Shown here piece after piece: positions 6,048 through 13,482 of a stretch of 27,131 nt of DNA. This DNA is from a virus. Its lineage: Duplodnaviria > Caudoviricetes. The DNA is taken from positions 1 to 27,131 of the IMG/VR virus record IMGVR_UViG_3300038379_000519. One strand, given 5' to 3'. Both the position numbers and the translations under genes were made by a program. Position 1 is the stretch's first letter; each line of letters opens with the position of its first letter. The notes below the pieces were generated by a model. It saw only the letters and a list, made by a program, of their open reading frames with translations. It was not told the origin of the DNA and made no database searches.

Positions 6048-6529
6048 CGTTGGCCCTGCTGCTCCTGGCGTTCGCCGCTCCCGACGAGGCGGACATTGTA
6101 CGGGGCCGCGTGATCGCGGTCATCGACGGCGACACGCTCGACCTCGAGGCCCCGGGGCGGACCGTGCGGGTGCGGCTCGCGGAGATCGACGCCCCCGAGA
6201 AGTCGCAGCCGTGGGGCAGGGAGGCCCACAAGCATCTGGAGCGGCTGGTGAAGGGCGAGTGGCTGCGGCTGGTGGTAACCCAGGCCAACGAGCGTTGGGG
6301 CCGGCTGGTGGGCCACGTGTACCTAGAAAAGAAAGAGGGCCGGCCCAAGGAAGTGTGGGTCAATCTGGAACTGGTCAAGCAAGGGTCGGCAGTCTGGGCG
6401 ATTGACTGGTCAAACGATGTGCGGTTGGCGAGGGCCGAGCGGATGGCATGGATCGAAAGGAAAGGACTCTGGGCTGAAGACCGGCCAACAATGCCGTGGG
6501 AGTTCCGTCGCAAGAAAACGGCAGAGTGA
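6044..6529 (+). CDS. Thermonuclease (staphylococcal nuclease-like) with N-terminal hydrophobic segment
   Basis: VIDGDTL, VRLAEIDAPE..QPWG.EA, RWGRLVGHV, VNLELVKQG, KGLW...PWEFR. GTG overlaps the previous stop. Confidence 0.92.
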   Translation: MTLALLLLAFAAPDEADIVRGRVIAVIDGDTLDLEAPGRTVRVRLAEIDAPEKSQPWGREAHKHLERLVKGEWLRLVVTQANERWGRLVGHVYLEKKEGRPKEVWVNLELVKQGSAVWAIDWSNDVRLARAERMAWIERKGLWAEDRPTMPWEFRRKKTAE

Positions 6530-6711
6530 AATGCCCACGCGCAGTTGTAGCTGCCGTGGGCGCGGTCAACCCTATCTTGGAGGGCCAACGGCGAGCGTTG
6601 ACTGGACGGGGTTGGTGTAGGAAGTGCGAAACGCCGGAATGTCGCCGTACGGGAGAACGCTGCACGTGGAGGCCGGGGCATGGACGAATACCGGGTCAAG
6701 CCGCGGCATAA
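6526..6711 (+). CDS. Small Cys-containing hypothetical protein
   Basis: GTGA overlap with the nuclease stop, CRKC-x4-C-x6-C. Atypical codon usage. Confidence 0.4.
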   Translation: MKCPRAVVAAVGAVNPILEGQRRALTGRGWCRKCETPECRRTGERCTWRPGHGRIPGQAAA

Positions 6712-6877
6712 CCGGTGGGTCATCACGGACGAGGAGGGCTACCCGGCCTTGGCCCGCGACCTGTTTGACGAGTTCCACGCCCGGCAGATCGCGGAGTTGC
6801 TGAACCGCGACCTGGCGCGGGAACTGAATCATGGTCAGGCCATCTTGGATCGAATGCGGCGGGCGGACCATAGCTGA
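6680..6877 (+). CDS. Hypothetical protein (65 aa)
   Basis: SD GGAGG upstream of ATG, good codon bias. Confidence 0.65.
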   Translation: MDEYRVKPRHNRWVITDEEGYPALARDLFDEFHARQIAELLNRDLARELNHGQAILDRMRRADHS

Positions 6878-6886
6878 GTGAGACGC

Positions 6887-7324
6887 ATGAAACTCCTGCT
6901 CGTGGAAGATAGCCAGGTTTCGCAGGCCGCGTTCAGCGCGGCCCTGGAGGAGTTCTACCACTCGCAATACCCCACCGTGGAAATTGCCGGCACGCTGGCC
7001 GATGCACACGCGATGGTCCACGCCGCCGACGTGCTGGTGTTGGACCTGACCCTACCGGACGCCGACGCGGACGAGATGATGGCCTTTGCCCGCAAGTGGA
7101 TTCACTTGAAGCCGGTCATCATCATCAGCGGCACGGAGGAGGACCGGTACATTATCGAGGCCGGCGCAATTGGGGCGGGCTTTCTCCGCAAGACGTGCGT
7201 CAGTTGCCAGCAAGCCGAAATGCTGCGGATCGAATTACTGCGGGCGCAAGGGGCGCTCCAAGCCAAACGGGAGAAACGCGAGCTGGTCCACGATTTCATC
7301 CGCGTGCTGGGGAGCCACACTTGA
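6887..7324 (+). CDS. Stand-alone response-regulator receiver (CheY-like) protein
   Basis: KLLLVEDS, DVLVLDLTLPD (phospho-acceptor Asp), PVIIISG, GFLRK. Short helical tail, no output domain. Confidence 0.88.
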   Translation: MKLLLVEDSQVSQAAFSAALEEFYHSQYPTVEIAGTLADAHAMVHAADVLVLDLTLPDADADEMMAFARKWIHLKPVIIISGTEEDRYIIEAGAIGAGFLRKTCVSCQQAEMLRIELLRAQGALQAKREKRELVHDFIRVLGSHT

Positions 7325-7518
7325 GTACAAGCGAATGGTTCACGCTCATTGGCTTTGGGATCGGCGTGGCGGGGGCTCTGCTGGGGTGGATTCTTTCGTT
7401 GCATGGTCGCCTATCGCGGGCGGAATCCAAGATCGAATCGATTGATTCGCTGCGCGGCGACGTGATGAAACTCCTGATGCACCTGGTAGACGAATGGCCC
7501 GGCAGGGACAAACCATGA
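7321..7518 (+). CDS. Single-TM + coiled-coil small protein (holin/lysis-accessory-like)
   Basis: TTG start overlapping the previous stop, WFTLIGFGIGVAGALLGWIL then RLSRAESKIE. Confidence 0.55.
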   Translation: MSTSEWFTLIGFGIGVAGALLGWILSLHGRLSRAESKIESIDSLRGDVMKLLMHLVDEWPGRDKP

Positions 7519-7733
7519 AACTCCCGCTCTCCGATCCCCGTCACCCCGCGTGGTCGTTTGGCCGCACGCTGATCGTGCTGGCCATCTTCGGCGGGCTGGT
7601 GTTCGCCCAAGCGCAGAAGCCCGACTGGACCGAGGGCCGGCTGATGCTCCAGGCGGTGCTGGCCTTCCTGCTGGCGCAGGCCGGGCACGAGTACGCGAAA
7701 GCCAGGGTGAGCAAGCAGGAGACAGACCAGTGA
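7515..7733 (+). CDS. Two-TM small protein, putative holin
   Basis: SD AGGGA, two hydrophobic helices, charged C-terminus (KARVSKQETDQ). Confidence 0.55.
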   Translation: MKLPLSDPRHPAWSFGRTLIVLAIFGGLVFAQAQKPDWTEGRLMLQAVLAFLLAQAGHEYAKARVSKQETDQ

Positions 7734-7874
7734 AACACGGCATGGCCGCCGTTAGGGGGCACGGACGCCCCCGACCTGCCAAGCGCAGGCAACCCCTGTG
7801 CGACGGCGCGACACCTGCGCCGGGGACAACAAGTGGTGTGACGGCCCGGAGAGACGGGCTTGTGTGAGGTGACC

Positions 7875-8318
7875 ATGATCCGCGTGCGGAAGAGAACACG
7901 CACCGAGGTGGCGGCGAACCACGAGGCCCTGCTGACGGCCAGTGTGGCGGAGCTGCGCCTGCCCCAGCGGATCGTGAACTACCTGGAGGAGGCGGGCTAC
8001 CACACCGTGGGCCAGTGCCTGGCGGCCACGCCGGATCAACTGCTGGCGATCCCACTGTTTGGCCGCGGCCTGCTGAGGCAGCTCCAGGAGTGCATCCGCG
8101 AGGTGCTGCGGACCGGCCGGCTGCCCGAGGCCGGGGAGGACGAACCGAGCCGCGCGCCGGCCCCGACGCCGGAGGAAATCCGCGACCGCTGCCGAGCGAT
8201 CCGAGCAGGGTGGCCGGTGAACGACCCCCGGCAACGCAAGGGCGTGGTGCCGCTCGTGCCGCGGCCGGTGCGGATCGCGTTTGACGAACCGCGGCAACAG
8301 GGAGGCCGGCTGCGATGA
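7875..8318 (+). CDS. RNA polymerase alpha-subunit C-terminal domain-like protein
   Basis: VAELRLPQRIVNYLEEAGYHTVGQCLAATPDQLLAIPLFGRGLL aligns without gaps to the alpha-CTD consensus (VDDLELTVRSANCLK...IGDLV...LLKTPNLGKKSL). SD GAGGT. Confidence 0.8.
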   Translation: MIRVRKRTRTEVAANHEALLTASVAELRLPQRIVNYLEEAGYHTVGQCLAATPDQLLAIPLFGRGLLRQLQECIREVLRTGRLPEAGEDEPSRAPAPTPEEIRDRCRAIRAGWPVNDPRQRKGVVPLVPRPVRIAFDEPRQQGGRLR

Positions 8319-8665
8319 GCCGTCCGCTGAGATTGTTCGCGCCGCCAGGCGGCACTGGGGCGGCATGGCGCGGCGAATCGAGCGGCGGCTGCGGGTCGTG
8401 CTGGGCTGCGAGCGGGCGGCCGACCAGGTGGCGGAGTCGAGGTGCTGGGCTGCGAGCGGGCGGCCGACCAGGTGGCGGAGTCGAGGTGCTGGGCGGCCTG
8501 ACCAAGGTGGAGGCCGGGGCGCTGCTGATCGCCGCGGCAATGGCCTCTGCACGCACGGTGGCGAGCCCCGCGGCGTGGCAGGAGATCCCGCACCGGGCGG
8601 CTGCGCTCGCCTGGGAGACGCTGTGCGCCTGCGAGCAGGCCCAGCGGGAGCGGGCAGGGACGTGA
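8315..8665 (+). CDS. Hypothetical protein containing a 44-bp tandem duplication
   Basis: ATGA overlap. The C-terminal half (GLTKVEAGALLIAAAMA...) looks protein-like and the middle does not. Confidence 0.4.
   Translation: MSRPLRLFAPPGGTGAAWRGESSGGCGSCWAASGRPTRWRSRGAGLRAGGRPGGGVEVLGGLTKVEAGALLIAAAMASARTVASPAAWQEIPHRAAALAWETLCACEQAQRERAGT
8398..8494 (+). repeat. Exact 44-bp tandem duplication (2.2 copies)
   Basis: GTGCTGGGCTGCGAGCGGGCGGCCGACCAGGTGGCGGAGTCGAG at 8398 and 8442, partial at 8486. Confidence 0.95.
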
Positions 8666-8671
8666 GCGGGA

Positions 8672-8748
8672 CTGCCAAGTTGGCAGACTTTAGAAAACGG
8701 TTTGGGTCCTTCCGGCAGTCTGCGACGGCTGGGGGCTTCGGGAACAGC
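8672..8748 (+). other. Candidate cos site (cosQ + cosN) with upstream palindrome
   Basis: GGGTCCT (8704-8710), identical to lambda cosQ, is followed after 17 bp by the symmetric element GCTG-N13-CAGC (8728-8748). Palindrome CTGCCAA-G-TTGGCAG at 8672-8686. Intergenic, upstream of the packaging operon. Confidence 0.6.
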
Positions 8749-8774
8749 AGGAAATCACACACAGATAGCGTGAC

Positions 8775-10043
8775 ATGCTGATCCGCGACCGAATCCGAGA
8801 ACTGCGCCGCGTACGCGCCTGCGACCTGCGACCCAACTCGAAGAACTGGCGGACGCACCCGCAGGCGCAGCAGGACGCCCTGCGTGGCGTGCTGGCCGAG
8901 ATCGGCTACGCGGACGCCTTGATTGTCAGAGAGCTGCCAGACGGTACGCTCCAGTTGCTCGACGGTCATCTGCGGGCCGAGACGACGCCCGAGGCTGACG
9001 TGCCGGTTCTGGTGGTGGACCTGACCGAAGCCGAGGCGGACAAGGTGCTGGCCACGCTCGACCCGCTGGCGGCGATGGCCGAGGCGGACAAGGGAAAGCT
9101 CGACGCCCTGCTGCGCGATGTGCAGACGGGCAGCGAGGCGCTGGCGGGGATGCTCGCGGACCTGGCGAAGGACAGCGGGATACTTGCTGTGCCCGTCGAG
9201 GATGAAGCGACGGATCCGCCGGTGAATCCGATATCGCTGCCTGGCGATATGTGGCTACTCGGCGATCATCGTTTGTTCTGCGGAGACAGCACGAACCGCG
9301 AAACAGTCTTGAGGCTGCTGGATGGCCGCCGGCCTCAGTTGATGATCGTGGACCCGCCGTTCGACCTTGCGTATTCGCAGTGGGACATCCCGGATTCTTG
9401 CGACGTGCTTGTTGTCTGGGGCAGGGGAGATGAGCGGTTGAAATGGGAGGCGCAGAATCTATGCGGAAAGTACGGCGTGCATGAACTCGTTTACACGGGC
9501 GGTGTGCGTGGGCACGCACGGCCGAGCCTTCCGTGCTGCCTGCATGACGTGGTGCATGTCTGGCGGCGGAAGTGGTGGAAGCAAGAGCAAGAGCAAGAGG
9601 CAATAGACGGCAAGGTGATCCGCGAATGCGGCTGCGCGAAAACAGAGGACGACCGGCCATTTAGCGTGCAAGAACACTGCGGCGGAGTGCTGACTGGCGC
9701 CGGAGCAATGTCGTGGGGCAAGCCGGTTCTGGCGATGGCAATTGCGACGGCGTACGTGCCAGCCGGCTCGCTGATCTACGATCCTTGCGCCGGCAGCGGA
9801 TCGAGTCTCGTAGCCGCACAGCGGCACGGCCGCCGCTGGATCGGCTGCGAGCTACAGCCGCAGTGGGCAGACCTGTGCGTAGCCAGGTGGGAGAAGGAGT
9901 CTGGCCTTCCGGCCACAGTGACCAGGGGCGGCAAGGTCTGGCAAGCACAGGACTTGCGAGATAAAATGACGGCCGCGACGGGTGCGGAAACACCCGTGCG
10001 GCCTGAACACGAGCAAGCTGAAAAGGAGCCTGCCCATGTCTGA
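8775..10043 (+). CDS. ParB-like N-terminal domain + amino (N4/N6) DNA methyltransferase
   Basis: LRPNSKNWRTH...LLDGHLR (ParB/Srx), PGDMWLLGDHRLFCGDST, DPPF catalytic motif, YDPCAGSGSSL SAM motif (beta order). Confidence 0.9.
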   Translation: MLIRDRIRELRRVRACDLRPNSKNWRTHPQAQQDALRGVLAEIGYADALIVRELPDGTLQLLDGHLRAETTPEADVPVLVVDLTEAEADKVLATLDPLAAMAEADKGKLDALLRDVQTGSEALAGMLADLAKDSGILAVPVEDEATDPPVNPISLPGDMWLLGDHRLFCGDSTNRETVLRLLDGRRPQLMIVDPPFDLAYSQWDIPDSCDVLVVWGRGDERLKWEAQNLCGKYGVHELVYTGGVRGHARPSLPCCLHDVVHVWRRKWWKQEQEQEAIDGKVIRECGCAKTEDDRPFSVQEHCGGVLTGAGAMSWGKPVLAMAIATAYVPAGSLIYDPCAGSGSSLVAAQRHGRRWIGCELQPQWADLCVARWEKESGLPATVTRGGKVWQAQDLRDKMTAATGAETPVRPEHEQAEKEPAHV

Positions 10044-10788
10044 GTCTACGATCATTGCCTGGACGGACCACACATTCAACCCCTGGATGGGCTGCGAGAA
10101 GGTGTCCGCCGGGTGCGCACACTGCTATGCGGAAACGCTGACGCGCAACCGCATGGGGCTGCACCTGTGGGGGCCTGGCGGCCGACGGCAGGTCACGAGC
10201 GACGGCAACTGGCGGAAACCGGTCGCGTGGAATCGCGACGCGGAGGAAGCGGGCGAGCCGGCCCGCGTGTTCTGCGCCTCACTGTGCGACGTGTTCGAGG
10301 ATCATCCGACCGCGGAGGCCACCCGCCCGCGGCTCTGGAATCTGATCCGGCAGACTCCGTGGCTGCATTGGCAGTTGCTCTCGAAGCGACCGCAGCGGAT
10401 CGCCGAATGCCTCCCGCGCGACTGGGCGGACGGCTGGCCGAATGTCTGGCTCGGCACGAGCATCGAGGACATGCGGGTCGCTGATCGGGCCGATTGGCTC
10501 CGGGAGATTCCTGCCGTCGTGCGGTTCGTCAGCTACGAGCCGGCTCTTGGTCCACTCAACGCGCTGGACCTTGACGGAATCGACTGGGTGATCCAGGGCG
10601 GCGAGAGCGGGCCAGGATACCGGATGATGGACCTGGATTGGGCGCGGGGGATGCGCGACCGATGCCGCGCCGCCGGCGTTGCCTACTTTTTTAAGCAGTC
10701 CGCTGCGTGGCGGACTGAACTGGGAATCGAATTGGATGGCGAGATCGTCCGCGAGTACCCGACTCCGCGGGCGGTAGTACACGCATAA
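10036..10788 (+). CDS. Phage Gp37/Gp68 family (DUF5131, radical-SAM-like) protein
   Basis: IAWTDHTFNPWMGCEKVSAGCAHCYAE, VFCASLCDVF, RFVSYEPALG, DWVIQGGESG, FFKQ. SD AAGGAG. Confidence 0.93.
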   Translation: MSESTIIAWTDHTFNPWMGCEKVSAGCAHCYAETLTRNRMGLHLWGPGGRRQVTSDGNWRKPVAWNRDAEEAGEPARVFCASLCDVFEDHPTAEATRPRLWNLIRQTPWLHWQLLSKRPQRIAECLPRDWADGWPNVWLGTSIEDMRVADRADWLREIPAVVRFVSYEPALGPLNALDLDGIDWVIQGGESGPGYRMMDLDWARGMRDRCRAAGVAYFFKQSAAWRTELGIELDGEIVREYPTPRAVVHA

Positions 10789-10795
10789 GTAGCTC

Positions 10796-12976
10796 GTGCC
10801 GACATTAGACGACATCCGCAAGGCGAAACGCGAGCTGGACCGCAAGGTCCGCGAGGCCGAGCGGCTGGCCGGCGTCAAGACGTCCTACCGCGACCGGCAA
10901 TCCGACATCCTGACGGCCAAGCGGCGGGCCGAGCGGATCGTCATGGTCCCGGCCTGTGCGGACCCCGAGCGCCGGGCGCGACTGGAGGCCGACGACATCG
11001 CTTGGCTGATGTGGTACTTTGCGCCGGAGAGCGGCTGCGAGACGCCGTTCACTTACGATTTCACGTTTCAGCAGCGGGAGATGATCGCGGCGATTCGCCA
11101 TGCCATCGAGTACGGCGGCGACCAGTCGCTGGCCGCGTCACGCGGCGAAGGCAAAACCACGCTCTTCGAGCGGATGCTGCTCAAGTACACGCTCACGGGC
11201 CGGATCAAGTTCTCCGTGCTGCTCCAGGCAACCGGGGCCGCAGCGGCCGATTCCCTGGAGGCGATCAAGTGGGAGTGCGAAACAAACGACCGGCTACACG
11301 CGGACTATCCCGAGGTGTGCGTGCCGGTCCGGGCGCTGGAAAACACGCCGCAGCGGGCACACACGCAGCTTGCCAGCGGTAATCGACCGGACAACGGGCA
11401 AGCCTTCGAGGCGGCGACAACAAAGTTCTTATGGTGTGGGCAGGAGATTACCTTTCCCAAGGTTCCCGGCTCGCTGTCAGCCGGGGCCATTATCGCAACG
11501 CGCGGCCTCGATTCCGCGATTCGCGGGATCAAGAAGCGTGGCCGGCGGCCGGACGTGGTCGGCATTGACGATCCCGACACGGAGGAAACGGCCCGCAGCC
11601 AGGAGCAGTCCCAAAAGCTTGAAGACCGCATCGACAGAACCATCGCGGCGCTAGGCGGCCAGAAACGGCGGGTGGCTCGCGTGATGCTGACGACGCTCCA
11701 GAATCGCACCTGTGTCAGCTATCGGTTCACGGATTCGCAGGCCAAGCCGTCGTGGCATCCGCGGCGGTTCAAGTTTCTCGTTCGCCGGCCGGACCGGATG
11801 GACTTGTGGGGCCGGTACGTGGAGCTGCGGAAGGAGGACTGGCGGAACGTGAGCGCGGGTGTGCCAACGGCTGCGGCCCACGAGTTCTACGTGCTGCACC
11901 GAGAGGAAATGGACGCCGGCGCCGAGGTCGCCAATCCGAACCGCTACACGCAGGGCGAGCTATCGGCGCTCCAGTTCTACTTCGACGAGGTTGCGCGGAT
12001 CGGCCAAGAGGCAGTCGCCACCGAGTACGATAACGACCCGCCGGACGTGGTGGAGTTGTCGGAGATGCTCTCGGCCTCCCAAATCGCCGCCAAGCTCAAC
12101 GGATATCCGCGCGGCCTGGTCCCGAGCGACGCCACACACGTCACGGCATTCATCGACGTTCAGCAGCGGTTGCTGTACTACGCGGTGTGCGCGTGGCGGC
12201 AGGACTTCACGGGCTACGTGATCGAGTACGGCGCCTGGCCGAAACAGGACCGCAGCTATTTCACCCTGGGTGATGCTGCGCCCGCGATTCCAGATGTCTG
12301 CCGCGGTGGGCTGGAGGCGGGAATTCACGCGGCACTGGACTCCCTAACGTCGGACATCTGCGGGCGGCCGTGGCCCGTGGACGGTGGCGGCGAGCAAAAG
12401 ATCAGTCGCTGTCTGATCGACGCTAACTGGGGCCAGAGCACCAGTACGGTTTACGCGTTCGTGCGGCAGTCGCTGCATGCCGCAGTGTTGCTTCCGACGC
12501 ATGGCCGCGGCGTCAGGGCCTCGCAATCGCCGATCATGCTGTGGCAGAAAAAGCAGGGCGAGCAAGTCGGACTGAATTGGCGGGTGCGGCGCACCACCGA
12601 GAGCCGAGCTCCGGTGCGGCATGGAATTTACGATACGAATTTCTGGAAGAGCTTTCTGCATCAACGGCTCTACGTGCCGCTGGGTGGTTCGGGCTGCCTG
12701 TCGCTGTTCAAGGCGGAGCCTGCGGCGCATCGCATGCTGGCCGATCACCTGCATGCAGAGTACCCAGTTTCTGTCGAAAGCCTCGGTCGCAAGGTCAGCG
12801 AGTGGCAGGTACGGCCGAATCACCCGGATAACCACTGGTTCGACTGCCTGGTGGGCTGCGCCGTGGCGGCTTCTATCGAGGGTTGTTCCCTGAAAGAGTC
12901 CGCCGAGGTCCGCGAGCCGCGGCGGGAACGCAAGACGCTGGCGGAAATGGCGGCACAAGCGAGGGCTGGTCGATGA
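10796..12976 (+). CDS. Terminase large subunit (GpA-type nuclease domain)
   Basis: Walker A ASRGEGKTT, Walker B VGIDDPDT, nuclease FIDVQ, LIDANWG, DNHWFDCLV. Position upstream of portal. Confidence 0.9.
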   Translation: MPTLDDIRKAKRELDRKVREAERLAGVKTSYRDRQSDILTAKRRAERIVMVPACADPERRARLEADDIAWLMWYFAPESGCETPFTYDFTFQQREMIAAIRHAIEYGGDQSLAASRGEGKTTLFERMLLKYTLTGRIKFSVLLQATGAAAADSLEAIKWECETNDRLHADYPEVCVPVRALENTPQRAHTQLASGNRPDNGQAFEAATTKFLWCGQEITFPKVPGSLSAGAIIATRGLDSAIRGIKKRGRRPDVVGIDDPDTEETARSQEQSQKLEDRIDRTIAALGGQKRRVARVMLTTLQNRTCVSYRFTDSQAKPSWHPRRFKFLVRRPDRMDLWGRYVELRKEDWRNVSAGVPTAAAHEFYVLHREEMDAGAEVANPNRYTQGELSALQFYFDEVARIGQEAVATEYDNDPPDVVELSEMLSASQIAAKLNGYPRGLVPSDATHVTAFIDVQQRLLYYAVCAWRQDFTGYVIEYGAWPKQDRSYFTLGDAAPAIPDVCRGGLEAGIHAALDSLTSDICGRPWPVDGGGEQKISRCLIDANWGQSTSTVYAFVRQSLHAAVLLPTHGRGVRASQSPIMLWQKKQGEQVGLNWRVRRTTESRAPVRHGIYDTNFWKSFLHQRLYVPLGGSGCLSLFKAEPAAHRMLADHLHAEYPVSVESLGRKVSEWQVRPNHPDNHWFDCLVGCAVAASIEGCSLKESAEVREPRRERKTLAEMAAQARAGR

Positions 12977-13269
12977 GCGGCAAGGAGGCCAAGACGTTGG
13001 CCGAGCTGGCGGCGATTGCCGCGGGCCGGCAGCCGCAGCAGATCGCGGGCAAGCCGGCGGACGTTTGTCCCTACTGCGGCTGCGCGATGTTCGCCCACGG
13101 CACGCGGCAGGGCGAGCAGATGACGTTCCGCTACGTCCATTGCCGGAATCCGCAGTGCGGCCGGCGGTTCATGTCGAAGCAACCTCCGGCCACGCTGGTG
13201 CGTGAAATCTCCGAACTACCGTCCAGTTCTGGACAGTCCGCCTTACAGGTGTTCCGCGGGTCCGCCTAA
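12973..13269 (+). CDS. Ogr/Delta-like zinc-ribbon protein
   Basis: CPYCG...RYVHCRNPQCGRRF. ATGA overlap. Confidence 0.7.
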   Translation: MSGKEAKTLAELAAIAAGRQPQQIAGKPADVCPYCGCAMFAHGTRQGEQMTFRYVHCRNPQCGRRFMSKQPPATLVREISELPSSSGQSALQVFRGSA

Positions 13270-13278
13270 CGTGCGGGC

Positions 13279-13482
13279 ATGCCCGACGCGGACGACATTG
13301 CGGACGCCATTGCGGACGCCGCCACCACGCCCAAAAGCGCGACGGTCGACGGCAATAACGTCACTGCGCGCAGCGTGGACGAACTGGCGCAGGCTCAGGC
13401 GCTCGCCTCGCAGCGGGCACTCACCAGCGTGGCCCAGTTGTTCGGCCACCGCACGCGGCTCGTGGCGGGGCCGCGGCAATGA
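13279..13482 (+). CDS. gpW-like head completion protein
   Basis: 67 aa between terminase and portal, helix-hairpin (SATVDGNNVT)-helix pattern. Confidence 0.7.
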   Translation: MPDADDIADAIADAATTPKSATVDGNNVTARSVDELAQAQALASQRALTSVAQLFGHRTRLVAGPRQ

